64,000 nt of DNA from Myxococcota bacterium (GCA_965228475.1 OZ245817.1:256001-320000), one strand, 5' to 3'; positions 1-10,100 are shown, counted from the first letter of the stretch. A program made the numbers and translations. Notes: generated by a model from the sequence alone, not told the origin.

Positions 1-2
1 TG

Positions 3-209
3 CACGCGGCCTACGGCCGGGCCCTGCCGGGCGACGCCCCGCCGGCAGCCGCTCCCGACCCGCGGGAGCTCGTCGAGCAGGCGATCGCCTGCGGAGACGA
101 CCACGCGATCAAGCTCACCGCGGCCTGCCTCGGGGAGTACGGGAGGGAGGGCGATCCGGTCTACCTCGCGGCCGCCCGGCGAGGGATCGAGCGGCTCGGG
201 GGCGCCTGA
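3..209 (+). CDS. C-terminal fragment of a questin oxidase-like (DUF4243) protein, truncated by the window start
   Basis: Open frame 3-209 translates ...ELVEQAIACGDDHAIKLTAACLGEY...*; the D-D-H-x-I-K motif is typical of this family's C-terminus. Confidence 0.6.
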   Translation, partial: HAAYGRALPGDAPPAAAPDPRELVEQAIACGDDHAIKLTAACLGEYGREGDPVYLAAARRGIERLGGA

Positions 210-249
210 GCCATGGGGCCCGGGAGCGCCTGGGCGGCCGAAATCGGGC

Positions 250-279
250 TTGATCAAAAGTGAGACTCAGTGTCATGAT
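250..279 (+). promoter_or_regulatory. sigma70-like promoter with a TetR operator in the spacer
   Basis: TTGATC(250-255)-N18-CATGAT(274-279); imperfect palindrome TGAGACTCAGTGTCA at 261-275; ATG at 286. Confidence 0.6.
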
Positions 280-285
280 TTGACC

Positions 286-954
286 ATGCCCCCGTCCTCC
301 CCCAGTCCGCGCGGGACGAACCGCGCCCCGGCCGCGCCGGGCCGCCGCGAGCGGAACAAGCGGCGTACCCGGCTGCGGCTCGCCGAGGCGGCCCTGCGTC
401 TGGTCGAGGCGCGCGGCTTCCGGGAGGTGACGGCCGACGAGATCGCCGAGGCGGCCGGCGTCTCGCGCAGCACCTTCTTCCGCTACTTCGCCAGCAAGGA
501 GGCGGCGCTCTTCGTCTGGCGGGAGGACGTGCTCGCGCTCTTCGAAGCGGAGCTCGCCCGCCGCGAGCCCGGTGAAGCACCGCTCGCCGCGGTGCGCCGG
601 GCCTGCTTCGCCATGGCGCAGCGCTACGTCGCGGACCGTGCCTTCGTGCTTCGCCACGAGGCGCTCGTGAAGGTCTCGCCGGAGCTCGTGGCCTGCGAAC
701 TCGAGGTGGACCGCAGGGTCGAAGAAGCGATCGCCGCTGCACTCGTCGCCCGGAGCCCGAAGAGCGCGCGGGCCCGGCGCCACGCCCACTTTCTCGCCGG
801 TGCGACCTTCGGCGTCCTTCGCGCCGCGATCCGCGAGTGGTTCGCCGCCGAAGCGCGGCCCGATCTCATCGCACTCGGCAATCAGGCCTTCGATCTGCTG
901 GAGAACGAAACCGCCCTCGACGCGCCGTCGGGGAAGACAGGAGTGAAGAGATGA
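286..954 (+). CDS. TetR/AcrR family transcriptional regulator
   Basis: HTH 'VTADEIAEAAGVSRSTFFRYFASKE'; ATGA overlap with the next gene. Confidence 0.9.
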   Translation: MPPSSPSPRGTNRAPAAPGRRERNKRRTRLRLAEAALRLVEARGFREVTADEIAEAAGVSRSTFFRYFASKEAALFVWREDVLALFEAELARREPGEAPLAAVRRACFAMAQRYVADRAFVLRHEALVKVSPELVACELEVDRRVEEAIAAALVARSPKSARARRHAHFLAGATFGVLRAAIREWFAAEARPDLIALGNQAFDLLENETALDAPSGKTGVKR

Positions 955-2402
955 AGATTCCGAAGACCGGCCTTTCGCGAGACGAGATCTTCGAGCGCCT
1001 CGAGCGCTACCGCGAGCACGACACGCCCTGGCGGGAGGGTCGCACCTGGGCCTACGTCTACGACCCGGGCGCCGAGGCGGAGTCCGTGATCAAGGACGCC
1101 TTCTCGAGCTACCTCTCCGAGAACGGCCTCGATCCGACGGCGTTCCCGAGCGCGCTCCAGATCGAGAACGAAGTCATCGCCATGGCGGTCGGCCACCTGA
1201 ACGGCGACGAGAACGTCGTCGGGAGCTTCACGAGCGGTGGCACCGAGAGCCTGATCCTCGCGGTGAAGGCCGCGCGCGACCACGCGCGCGAGAAGCGTCC
1301 CGAGGTGACAACGCCGGAGATGATCCTTCCGGAGACCGCGCACGCCTCGTTCCAGAAGGCGGCCCATTACCTGGGTGTGAAGCCGGTGATCGTGCCCGTC
1401 GACCCGGAGACCTTCCGCGCCGACGTCTCCGCCATCCGCGAAGCCATCACGGACCAGACGGTGCTGCTCGTCGGCTCGGCCATCTCCTATGCCCACGGCG
1501 TGGTCGACCCGATCCCCGAGCTCGGCCAGCTCGCACTCGAGAAGAACCTGCTCCTCCACGTCGACGGCTGCATGGGCGGCTTCATGCTGCAGTACTTCGA
1601 ACGGCTCGGCGGGACGCACCCCCTCTTCGACTTCCGGGTGCCCGGCGTGACGTCGATCTCGATGGACCTGCACAAGTACGCCTTCGCGGCGAAGGGGGCC
1701 TCGGTGATCCTCTACCGCTCGAAGGACCTCCGGAAGTACCAGATGTACGCCTGCTCGAACTGGACGGGCTACACCGTGATCAACCCGACGGTGCAGAGCA
1801 CGAAGTCCGCGGGTCCGGTCGCCGCCTCCTGGGCCGCGCTCAAGTTCATCGGCGACGACGGCTATCTCGAGTTCGCCCGCCAGGTGAAGGACGCGACGGA
1901 GCGCATCGCGAAGGCCGTCGACGAGATTCCGGAGCTGCGCATGCTCGGGGAACCCGAGATGAACCTCGTGGCCTTCACTTCGGAGACGGTGAGCGTCTTC
2001 CACATCGCGGACGAGATGAAGGAGCGCAACTGGTTCGTCCAGCCGCAGCTCGCCTATGGCTGCTCGCCGGAGAACATCCATCTCTCGATCAACCCGGGGA
2101 GCGTCCACTGGGTGGATTCGATGCTCTCGGACCTTCGCGAGAGCATCGAGAAGGCGAAGCTCCTGCCCTCGGGTGAGCTGGCGCCGAAGATCCAGGCGGC
2201 CTTCGGGGATCTCGCGCCCGAGGAGCTCGACGATTCGGTCTTCGAGAACCTGCTCGGGATGGCCGGCGTCTCCGGGACGAGCCTGCCCGGGCGCATGGCC
2301 GAGATCAACGAGGTGCTGAACGCGCTGCCCGTCCCGCTGCGGGAGCGGCTGCTCGTCGAATACCTGAACGTGCTCTACCAGCCGGAGGGCTCGGGTTCGT
2401 GA
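951..2402 (+). CDS. PLP-dependent sphingosine-1-phosphate lyase / group II decarboxylase-like protein
   Basis: Motifs TSGGTESL, LHVDGCMGGF, SISMDLHKY (PLP lysine); RBS AGGAG upstream of ATG 951. Confidence 0.85.
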   Translation: MKIPKTGLSRDEIFERLERYREHDTPWREGRTWAYVYDPGAEAESVIKDAFSSYLSENGLDPTAFPSALQIENEVIAMAVGHLNGDENVVGSFTSGGTESLILAVKAARDHAREKRPEVTTPEMILPETAHASFQKAAHYLGVKPVIVPVDPETFRADVSAIREAITDQTVLLVGSAISYAHGVVDPIPELGQLALEKNLLLHVDGCMGGFMLQYFERLGGTHPLFDFRVPGVTSISMDLHKYAFAAKGASVILYRSKDLRKYQMYACSNWTGYTVINPTVQSTKSAGPVAASWAALKFIGDDGYLEFARQVKDATERIAKAVDEIPELRMLGEPEMNLVAFTSETVSVFHIADEMKERNWFVQPQLAYGCSPENIHLSINPGSVHWVDSMLSDLRESIEKAKLLPSGELAPKIQAAFGDLAPEELDDSVFENLLGMAGVSGTSLPGRMAEINEVLNALPVPLRERLLVEYLNVLYQPEGSGS

Positions 2403-3778
2403 GCGACGACGGGCCCAAGAGCGACGGCGGGCTCGAGGCGCTCGACAAGGCCCACGTCTTCCATCCCTACACGTCGATCGCGCAGCAGCAGGAGCGCGGT
2501 TCCCGGCTCTGGGCAGAGGGCAAAGGCGTCTTCGTGCGCGACGCCGACGGGCGCGAGTACCTCGACGCGATGGCCGGACTCTGGTGCGTGGCGGCGGGCT
2601 ACGGGCGCGAGGAGATCGCCGACGCCATGGCCGAGCAGGCGCGCCGCCTCGCCTACAGCCACGGCTTCCTCGCGAACGCCACGGAGCCGGCGGTGCGGCT
2701 CGCTTCGCGCATCGCCGCGCTGGCGCCGCCGGGGCTCGAGCACGTGTTCTTCTGCAACTCGGGCTCCGAGGCGAACGACACGATCGTGAAGCTCGTCTGG
2801 TACTACTGGAACCTGCGCGGGCGCACCGAGAAGAAGAAGATCATCTCGCGCCATGGCGCCTACCACGGCGTCACCCTCGCGGCGACCAGCCTCTCGGGCC
2901 TCCCCTACATGCATCCGCTGTTCGACGCGCCGATGCCCCGTTTCCTGCACGCGCGAAAGCCGCACCTCTATCGCGAGGGCGTGCCCGGCGAGAGCGAAGC
3001 CGCCTTCGCGGAACGGCTCGTCGACGAACTCGACGCGATGATTCGCGCCGAGGGGCCCGAGACCGTCGGCGCCTTCATCGGCGAACCGCTGATGGGTGCG
3101 GGGGGAGTGATTCCGCCGCCCGAGGGCTACTGGGAGGGCGTGCAGGAGGTGCTTCGCCGGCACGAGGTCCTGCTCGTCGCGGACGAGGTGATCTGCGGCT
3201 TCGGCCGTCTGGGCGTGCCCTTCGGCTCGCAGCGGTACGGGATCGCACCAGACATGATGACCATCGCCAAGGCGGTGACGAGCGCCTACTTCCCCGTGTC
3301 CGGCGCCGTGGTCAGCGATCGGGTCTGGGAGACCTTCGCCAAGGGCTCCGAGGAGCACGGGCCCGTCGCCCACGGGCATACGACGAGCCTCCATCCGGTG
3401 GGCGCGGCGGCCGCCCTCGCGAACCTCGATCTGCTCGAGGGCGAGGGCCTGCTGTCGCGGGCGAAGGACGTCGGCCCGGCCTTCCAGGCAAGGCTGCGCG
3501 AAGCCGTCGCCGGGCATCCCCACGTCGGCGAGGTCCGGGGGGAAGGGTTGATCGCGGCAGTCGAGTTCGTGGCCGACCGGGAGGCTCGCCGGCCCTTCGC
3601 CCCCGAACGCAAGACGGGCCTCCGTTTCCACGAGGCCCTGCTCGAAGAGGGATTGATCTGCCGCGCGCTCGGCGACAGCCTCGCCTTCTGTCCGCCCCTG
3701 GTGGCGAGCGAAGCCGAGCTCGGCGAGGCCGTCTCGCGCTTCGCGCAGGGCCTCGAGCGGTTCGACTTCGACGCTTGA
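2399..3778 (+). CDS. Class III aminotransferase (omega-amine transaminase)
   Basis: YLDAMAGLWC, NSGSEAND, YHG, ADEVICGFGRLG, TIAK, HGHT. Confidence 0.9.
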   Translation: MSDDGPKSDGGLEALDKAHVFHPYTSIAQQQERGSRLWAEGKGVFVRDADGREYLDAMAGLWCVAAGYGREEIADAMAEQARRLAYSHGFLANATEPAVRLASRIAALAPPGLEHVFFCNSGSEANDTIVKLVWYYWNLRGRTEKKKIISRHGAYHGVTLAATSLSGLPYMHPLFDAPMPRFLHARKPHLYREGVPGESEAAFAERLVDELDAMIRAEGPETVGAFIGEPLMGAGGVIPPPEGYWEGVQEVLRRHEVLLVADEVICGFGRLGVPFGSQRYGIAPDMMTIAKAVTSAYFPVSGAVVSDRVWETFAKGSEEHGPVAHGHTTSLHPVGAAAALANLDLLEGEGLLSRAKDVGPAFQARLREAVAGHPHVGEVRGEGLIAAVEFVADREARRPFAPERKTGLRFHEALLEEGLICRALGDSLAFCPPLVASEAELGEAVSRFAQGLERFDFDA

Positions 3779-3905
3779 GCAAGGGCGACGCCTGAGCGAT
3801 GGCGTAGACCCCGCGATCCTGCGCACACCCTTCCGGTGAAGGAGCGCACGCGGCTCCCCTTGCCGGGTTCCGATGAGGATTCGTCCATCGTCGTCGGAGC
3901 CCCCC

Positions 3906-5381
3906 ATGAAACGCTTTCCCTCGGTTCACGCGGTACTCGCCTTGCCGCTGCTTTGCGTGTCGGTTCCGGCGAGCGCCTCGCTCACGCAGATCGCTTCGGA
4001 GCTCTTCGCGAGCGGGCTCAACAACCCGATGTTCGCGACCGCGCCCGCCGGCGACCCGCGCCTGTTCGTGGTCGAGCGGGGCGGCTCCATCCAGGTGCTG
4101 CACGACGGCGTCCCGAACGCGACGCCGTTCCTGAGCCTCGTGGGCCAGGTCGGGCAATCCGGGGAGCAGGGCATGTTCGGCCTGGCCTTCGACCCGGACT
4201 ACGAGACCAACGGCTTCTTCTTCGTGCTCTACAACGATCTCGCCGGCGACTCGGTCCTGGCTCGCTACTCGGTCAGCGCGGACCCGGACGTCGCCGATCC
4301 GAACGGCACCGTCCTCTTGACCATCTCCCAGCCCTTCAACAACCACAACGGGGGCACCGTCGCCTTCGGCGCGGACGGCTTCCTGTACTTTTCGGTCGGC
4401 GACGGCGGCTCGAGCAACGACCCGGGCGAGGTGGCGCAGGACCCGCAGTCGCTTCTCGGCAAGATGCTGCGCATCGACGTCGCGGTGCCGCCGGCGCCGG
4501 GCTCCCTCGAGCTGCTCGGACAGAACTACGCGATCCCGGGCGACAACCCCTTCGTGGGTGACGAGAACACGCGCCCCGAGATCTGGGCCTTCGGCTTGCG
4601 CAACCCGTACCGGTTCAGCTTCGACCGCCTGACGGGAGATCTGTGGATCGCCGACGTCGGTCAGAACGCGAGCGAGGAGATCGACTTCGAACCGGCCGGC
4701 GATCCGGGCGGCCGCAACTACGGGTGGGACGTCGTCGAAGGCACGCTCTGCAACCTCGTGGATCCGGCGCCGCCGCCGGCGCCCCAGTGTGGCGACCCGG
4801 CGCTCACGGATCCGGTCTTCGAGTACTTCCACACCCGCGGCAACTGTTCGATCACCGGCGGCTTCGTCCACCGCGGCACCGTCCCGGCGATCGGCGGTCA
4901 GTATCTCTACGGCGACTTCTGCACCGGGCGCATCTGGAGCCTCGACCCGCAGACCATGTTCGAGACGGACCGCACAGCCGAGCTCGGTGCAGCAGGCGGC
5001 GTGGGTTTCTCGCTGGTCGGCTTCGGTGAGGACGGCTTCGGCGAGAGCTACGTGGTGCTCCGCAACGGCAGCGTGCACCGGATCGTGGCGGCTCCGCCCG
5101 AGTGCAGCGACGGGATCGACAACGACGGCGACGGCCAGATCGACGTCGCCGATGCGGGCTGCCTCCACGCCGGCTGGCCCGAAGAGGACCCCGCCTGCGA
5201 CAACGGCTTCGACGACGACGGGGACGGCTCCGCCGATCTCGAGGACGGCGGCTGCTTCAACCGGCCGTGGATGATCTCCGAGCGCGGCATGGCGGCCTGC
5301 GGGCTCCTCGGCGGCGAAGGCATGGCGCTGGTGTGCCTCGCGCTGGCGTTGCGCCACCGGCGCTGGCGCCTGCGCCCCTAG
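3906..5381 (+). CDS. Secreted PQQ-dependent sugar dehydrogenase (glucose/sorbosone DH-like) with C-terminal Asp-rich repeats and a membrane-anchor tail
   Basis: Signal peptide; NHNGG, GDGG, LLGKMLRIDV, GLRNPYRFSFD, DVGQ; CSDGIDNDGDG / CDNGFDDDGDG repeats; tail ACGLLGGE-hydrophobic-RHRRWR. Confidence 0.85.
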   Translation: MKRFPSVHAVLALPLLCVSVPASASLTQIASELFASGLNNPMFATAPAGDPRLFVVERGGSIQVLHDGVPNATPFLSLVGQVGQSGEQGMFGLAFDPDYETNGFFFVLYNDLAGDSVLARYSVSADPDVADPNGTVLLTISQPFNNHNGGTVAFGADGFLYFSVGDGGSSNDPGEVAQDPQSLLGKMLRIDVAVPPAPGSLELLGQNYAIPGDNPFVGDENTRPEIWAFGLRNPYRFSFDRLTGDLWIADVGQNASEEIDFEPAGDPGGRNYGWDVVEGTLCNLVDPAPPPAPQCGDPALTDPVFEYFHTRGNCSITGGFVHRGTVPAIGGQYLYGDFCTGRIWSLDPQTMFETDRTAELGAAGGVGFSLVGFGEDGFGESYVVLRNGSVHRIVAAPPECSDGIDNDGDGQIDVADAGCLHAGWPEEDPACDNGFDDDGDGSADLEDGGCFNRPWMISERGMAACGLLGGEGMALVCLALALRHRRWRLRP

Positions 5382-5403
5382 CCCCCGCGGCCGACTTGGG
5401 GAG

Positions 5404-5952
5404 CTAGTCGAGCCCGAGCTCCCGCCGCTTCTCGAGGACGAAGGCCTCGTACTCCGGGCCGTCCCAGGCACGGTGCTCTCCCGCGCGGTAGGCCGCGGCG
5501 TTGCGCTGGTAGAGCCATGCGTTCAGCCGATTCTCCGCCGCGCTGTCGCGCTCCTTGATCACCTTGCCCGGAACGCCGGCGACGATCGAGTGCGGCGGGA
5601 TGACGGTCTTCTCCGTCACCACGGCGCCGGGCGCCACGATGGATCCGCGGCCCACCATCGCGCCGTCCATCACGACCGCGTTGATGCCGATCATGCAATC
5701 GTCTTCGATGGTGGCACCGTGCACCGTCGCGTGGTGCGTGATCGAGCAGAAGTCGCCGATGATCGTCGGCGCGCCGTAGCCGACGTGGATCATCACGAAG
5801 TCCTGGAGGTTCGTGTTCCGGCCGATGCGGACCTCGAGGGTCTCCGCCCGGATCACGCATTTCGGCCAGAGCGAAGAGCCGGCGCCGATCTCGATGCGTC
5901 CGTAGAGCTCGGCGCTCTCGGCGATGAAGACACTCGGGTCGATGTTCTGCAC
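5404..5952 (-). CDS. Gamma carbonic anhydrase family (hexapeptide repeat) protein
   Basis: TNLQD..IH, ITHHATVHGATIEDDCMIG, GVPGKV. Confidence 0.9.
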   Translation of the reverse strand: MQNIDPSVFIAESAELYGRIEIGAGSSLWPKCVIRAETLEVRIGRNTNLQDFVMIHVGYGAPTIIGDFCSITHHATVHGATIEDDCMIGINAVVMDGAMVGRGSIVAPGAVVTEKTVIPPHSIVAGVPGKVIKERDSAAENRLNAWLYQRNAAAYRAGEHRAWDGPEYEAFVLEKRRELGLD

Positions 5953-5964
5953 GGAGGCCTCGGG

Positions 5965-6492
5965 TCAGAAGGGTTTCGCGATCGCGATGACGAACAGCGC
6001 CGGAACCAGCACGATCACGACCGGTTCGGTCACGCGGAAGAAGAGCCAGTGGTACTCCATGTACCGCTCGTAGCGCGCCATGTCGCCCTGCTCCCGGAGC
6101 CGCGCCTTGTTCCCGCCGAGGTGCGAGAGGTGGATGTCGACGATCTCCATGGGAAGGATGACGAGGATCCCGATCCAGAGCTTCGCCGTGACGAAGCTCG
6201 CCGTGGTCAGGGAGAAGCCGCCGATCCAGAGCAGCAGGCCCGCCGTCACGACGAGCACCACGAAGGCCACGTGCTCGAGGGAGGCGCCGCGGTCGAAACG
6301 TTCCATCAGGTCGTCGCGCCGGGCGCGGGCCTCGGCGTCGTCGGGGTGGCGCTGTGCCCGGCGGAAGGCCGGCTTCAGGTAGTAGGCCCAGGCGACGGCG
6401 GTGCTGAACGCCCAGAGCGCGGCGGCCAGGACGTGAAGCGCCTTGACGTAGCCGTACCAGGGAAGGAGTCCGGTGCGAACCTCTTCGAGCAT
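5965..6492 (-). CDS. Hypothetical 4-TM membrane protein (DUF2269/HemJ-like topology)
   Basis: KALHVLAAALW N-terminal helix, four hydrophobic segments, C-terminal KPF. Confidence 0.65.
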   Translation of the reverse strand: MLEEVRTGLLPWYGYVKALHVLAAALWAFSTAVAWAYYLKPAFRRAQRHPDDAEARARRDDLMERFDRGASLEHVAFVVLVVTAGLLLWIGGFSLTTASFVTAKLWIGILVILPMEIVDIHLSHLGGNKARLREQGDMARYERYMEYHWLFFRVTEPVVIVLVPALFVIAIAKPF

Positions 6493-6530
6493 GTCGAGAC
6501 CCTACCACTCCCCGCGTCGTCGCCGTGCCT

Positions 6531-7406
6531 CTAGAGCGGCGTTCCGTGGGCGCGGGCGAAGGGGAGGAACGCGTCGGCGATGGCGGTGAATACGGGCCGG
6601 TCGTGGGCCGCGCCGATCGGGGCGCCGTCGAGACTCGCCACCGGGACCACGCGGGCGCCGGTTCCCGTCAGGAAGACCTCGTCGGCCGAAAGCACGTCCA
6701 TGCGTGAGAGCGGTTCTTCGGAGACGGGACGGCCCTGCGCGGCGGCGATCTCGAGCACGCTCGCTCGCGTGATGCCCTCGAGGCAGCCCTCGTTCGGCGG
6801 CGGCGTGCGCAGGGTACCCCCGCGCCAGACGAACAGGTTCGCGACGCTCGCCTCGGCGACGCGGCCCTCGGCGTTCAGCACGAGCGCTTCGTCGGCCCCG
6901 CGCAGGCGCGCTTCGCGCTTGGCGAGGACGCTGTTCAGGTAGTTCAGGCTCTTCACGCGCGGGTCGATCGCGTCGAGCGCCGGCTTGCGCACGCTCGCCG
7001 TCACGAGCTCGAGACCCTGGGCGCGCTTCTCCGGCGGATAGAGCCGCGCTTCGGCGGCGATGCAGAACACGCGGCCGGGTCCGCAGCGCGTCGGATCGAC
7101 GCCGAGCTCGCCGTCGCCGCGCGTGACCACGAGCCGCAGGTAGGCGTCGTCGCGCCCGAGCGCGCGCGCGGATTCGAAGACGGCCTTCTCGAGCGTTTCG
7201 GCGCCGCCGGGCACTTCGAGCCCGATCCCACGGGCGCCCGCGAGCAGGCGAGCCAGGTGATCGCGCAGGCGGAACACCCTGCGCTCGTAGACGCGAATGC
7301 CCTCGAAGATGCCGTCGCCGTAGAGAAGCCCGTGATCCGTGACCGGGAGCTTCGCTTCCTTGGGGGGAAGGAGTTCACCGTCGAGCCATACGATTCCGTC
7401 GATCAT
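6531..7406 (-). CDS. Class IV (branched-chain/D-amino acid type) aminotransferase
   Basis: DHGLLYGDGIFEGIRVY, KSLNYLN, LEGITR, EVFLTGTGA; ATGA overlap with the IclR gene. Confidence 0.9.
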   Translation of the reverse strand: MIDGIVWLDGELLPPKEAKLPVTDHGLLYGDGIFEGIRVYERRVFRLRDHLARLLAGARGIGLEVPGGAETLEKAVFESARALGRDDAYLRLVVTRGDGELGVDPTRCGPGRVFCIAAEARLYPPEKRAQGLELVTASVRKPALDAIDPRVKSLNYLNSVLAKREARLRGADEALVLNAEGRVAEASVANLFVWRGGTLRTPPPNEGCLEGITRASVLEIAAAQGRPVSEEPLSRMDVLSADEVFLTGTGARVVPVASLDGAPIGAAHDRPVFTAIADAFLPFARAHGTPL

Positions 7407-8200
7407 CCGTCCGCTCCTGCCACCCCATCTGCCACCGTCGTTCCCTCGGCGCGTCCCAGCCTTTCGCTCACGCGCTTGGCGCCGGCGCAGAGCGTCTCGA
7501 CGACGTGCCGTTCGCCGAGCCGTTCGAGTGCCGGGGCCGAAGCGGCCGCGATCAACGCACCCACCAGGCCGCCGCCCCCACCGAAGACCGGCGCCGCCAC
7601 GACCGAGAGCCCTTCGATCCACTCGCCGCGGTTCGCCGCCCAGCCGAGTTCCCGCGCTCGCTCGACCTCGCGTGCGAGCGCTTCGCCCGATTGCGTGCGC
7701 TCCGTGAAGCGCGTCTCCGGTGCAGCGACCAGGCGCTCCGGCGCGAAGGCGCGGTAGAGCTTCCCGACGGCCGTGGCGTGGCTCGGGACCGCCGCGCCGA
7801 CCTGCGGTGCCGCGCGCAGGAAGCCGTCGCCTTCCACCTTGTCGAGGACGACCAGGGCGCCGCCGCGCTCGGCGACGAGGAAGAAGGTCTCGCCGAGCTC
7901 GGCCGCGCTGGCTTCGAGCACCGGGCGGGCCGCGGAGATCAGGCCATCCGCCTGGACGACGGCGGCGCCGAGCCCGGCCAGGGCGAAGCCGAGCCGGTAG
8001 CGCCCTTCGGCGCGCTCGACGAAGCCGCGCCCGGCCAGGGTGCTCAAGAGGCGGTGGGTACTGGCTTTGGGGAGCGATACCCGGCGGGCGAGTTCGCTCA
8101 CGCCGAGGGCGCCTTCGGCCCGGCCGAGCTCGAGCAGGATCAGGAGCGCGCGATCGACCGTCGCGGTGGCGGGCTCGGGCGTCGGGCGGGGGGAGGCCAT
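7403..8200 (-). CDS. IclR family transcriptional regulator
   Basis: TVDRALLIL..GVSELARRVSLPKASTHRLLSTL HTH; HATAVGK; VAAPV. Confidence 0.92.
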   Translation of the reverse strand: MASPRPTPEPATATVDRALLILLELGRAEGALGVSELARRVSLPKASTHRLLSTLAGRGFVERAEGRYRLGFALAGLGAAVVQADGLISAARPVLEASAAELGETFFLVAERGGALVVLDKVEGDGFLRAAPQVGAAVPSHATAVGKLYRAFAPERLVAAPETRFTERTQSGEALAREVERARELGWAANRGEWIEGLSVVAAPVFGGGGGLVGALIAAASAPALERLGERHVVETLCAGAKRVSERLGRAEGTTVADGVAGADG

Positions 8201-8212
8201 CGGTTCCCTCTC

Positions 8213-8235
8213 GATGTTCCGATTAATGGAACATC
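8213..8235. promoter_or_regulatory. Palindromic operator, probably the IclR autoregulatory site
   Basis: GATGTTCC-GATTAAT-GGAACATC: perfect 8-bp arms 12 nt upstream of the IclR start. Confidence 0.75.
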
Positions 8236-8278
8236 TATCCGTCAGTTGAAACGATCCTACTCGCGCGCCCCCGTGGAG

Positions 8279-9961
8279 TCAACCGGGGATTCCGAGCCGC
8301 AGCAGCGCCTGGGCCGCGCGGGCTCCGTCGATGGCGGCGCTCATGATCCCGCCGGCGTATCCCGCCCCTTCGCCGCAGGGGAAGAGGTTGGCGAAGCCCT
8401 CGGCGGTGAAGTGCTCGGCGTGGCGGGGCATGCGGACGGGGCCGGAGCTGCGGGTCTCGACGCCGACGAGGATCCCTTCGGCGCCCGCGAAGCCCGGGAT
8501 CTCGCGTTCGAAGGCGGCGAGCCCGCGGGCCACCGCCCGGTGCACCGGCTCCGGCAGCAGGCGGTCGAGCCGGGCCGGGCGGGTTCCGAAGCGGTAGCTC
8601 GTCCGGGCGAGTCCGGCGCTCGGCCGTCCGGCCAGGAAGTCCGGAACCGCCTGGGCCGGCGCCGTGTAGTCGCCGCCGCCGGCCGCGAAGGCGGCCCGTT
8701 CGAGTTCGGCCTGGAAGGCGACGCCCGCGAAGGGGCCAGCGCCGTACTCGCGCGGGCCGAGCGTGGTGACGACGGCCGCGTTGGCGAAGGGCGAAGAGTG
8801 GCGCGAGTTGCTCATGCCGTTGGTGCACAGCAGGCCGGGCTCGCTCACGCTGGCGACGATCTGCCCGCCCGGGCACATGCAGAAGGTATGGGCCGCGGGG
8901 CCGGCTTCGCCCGCGCGACACACGAGCGCGTAGGATGCTGCCCCGAGGAGGTCCGCCTCCGGCCCCTCGCCGTGGCGTCCGCGATCGACGAGTCGTTGAG
9001 GGTGCTCGACGCGCACGCCGAGCTGGAACGGCTTGGCCGAGAAGACGACGCCGTCCGCCGCCAGCTGCTCCCACGTGTCTCGCGCGCTGTGGCCCGGGGC
9101 GAAGACGACGGCGTCGCAGGCGATCTCGCCGTCGCTCGTTCGCAGGGCCGTCACGCGCTCGCGCGAACCCGGCGCGAGCACGAGTCCCTCGACCCGCACG
9201 CCGAAGCGGAAGCGGGCGCCGAGCGCTTCGATCCGCTCGCGCAGCCGGGGCAGGATGCGATGCAGGCGGTCCGTGCCGATGTGGGCGCGCGCGTCGAAGC
9301 CAATCGCTTCCGGCGCGCCGGCGGCGACGAGCTCCGCGAGGAGCGGTGCCTCGAGCGGGTCGGAGACGCGCGTGTAGAGCTTGCCGTCGGAGTAGGTCCC
9401 GGCGCCGCCTTCGCCGAACAGGAGGTTCCGCTCGGGGTCCGGCGTTCGCGTCCGGTCGAAGCGGGCGATGGCCCGGCCCCGCTCGCGCAGCCCCGGACCG
9501 CGGTCGAGAAGCGTCACGGCGACGCCGTGGCGGGCGAGGACGAGCGCGGCGAACAGACCGGCGGGCCCGGTTCCGACCACCGCGACCCGCGCACCCGCGA
9601 TCCCAGGGCCGACCGCGTCGACCTCGAGGCCGACCGCCTCGGGCGTCGCCGTCACCCGGCCCGCGCGAAGCGCCCGCTCGAGTGCGCCGCTCGTGGTGCC
9701 TTCGGCGACGGTGACGTCCGCGTGGAGGACGAAGGCGAGCCGCCGGTGAGCGCCGCGCTTTCTTGCATCGAGGGACTTGCGAACGATCCGAAGGCTCCGG
9801 AGCGCCTCGCCGCCGAGCCCCGCCGCCGCCGCCACCTGCTCGCGGACGGCGTCCTCCGGGGCGTCGACGGCCACGCGGACTCCGAGCACCCGCAGGTGTC
9901 GGAGCTTCCCGGAAGGCTCATCCACCCCGTCGGGCGTTCGCTGGCCAGGCTCCTCTTCCAC
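8279..9961 (-). CDS. Uncharacterised FAD-dependent oxidoreductase (COG2509-like); start uncertain
   Basis: VVGTGPAGL, FGEGGAGTYSDGKL, HIGTD, TFCMCPGG, TNGMS, GVETRSS, GEGAGYAGGIMSAA. Confidence 0.88.
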   Translation of the reverse strand: MEEEPGQRTPDGVDEPSGKLRHLRVLGVRVAVDAPEDAVREQVAAAAGLGGEALRSLRIVRKSLDARKRGAHRRLAFVLHADVTVAEGTTSGALERALRAGRVTATPEAVGLEVDAVGPGIAGARVAVVGTGPAGLFAALVLARHGVAVTLLDRGPGLRERGRAIARFDRTRTPDPERNLLFGEGGAGTYSDGKLYTRVSDPLEAPLLAELVAAGAPEAIGFDARAHIGTDRLHRILPRLRERIEALGARFRFGVRVEGLVLAPGSRERVTALRTSDGEIACDAVVFAPGHSARDTWEQLAADGVVFSAKPFQLGVRVEHPQRLVDRGRHGEGPEADLLGAASYALVCRAGEAGPAAHTFCMCPGGQIVASVSEPGLLCTNGMSNSRHSSPFANAAVVTTLGPREYGAGPFAGVAFQAELERAAFAAGGGDYTAPAQAVPDFLAGRPSAGLARTSYRFGTRPARLDRLLPEPVHRAVARGLAAFEREIPGFAGAEGILVGVETRSSGPVRMPRHAEHFTAEGFANLFPCGEGAGYAGGIMSAAIDGARAAQALLRLGIPG

Positions 9962-10100
9962 ACCTTCTCCGTTCTGCAGCAGGCCGCTCGCGGGCCTCCG
10001 GCCGTGCTTCTCCCGGGATTCGGCCGTTTTTCGCCCAGCGGCTTCCCCGAAGGCGGTAGCATCGCACCGCTTTCACGATTCTCGATTGGGGGGAGAGACC

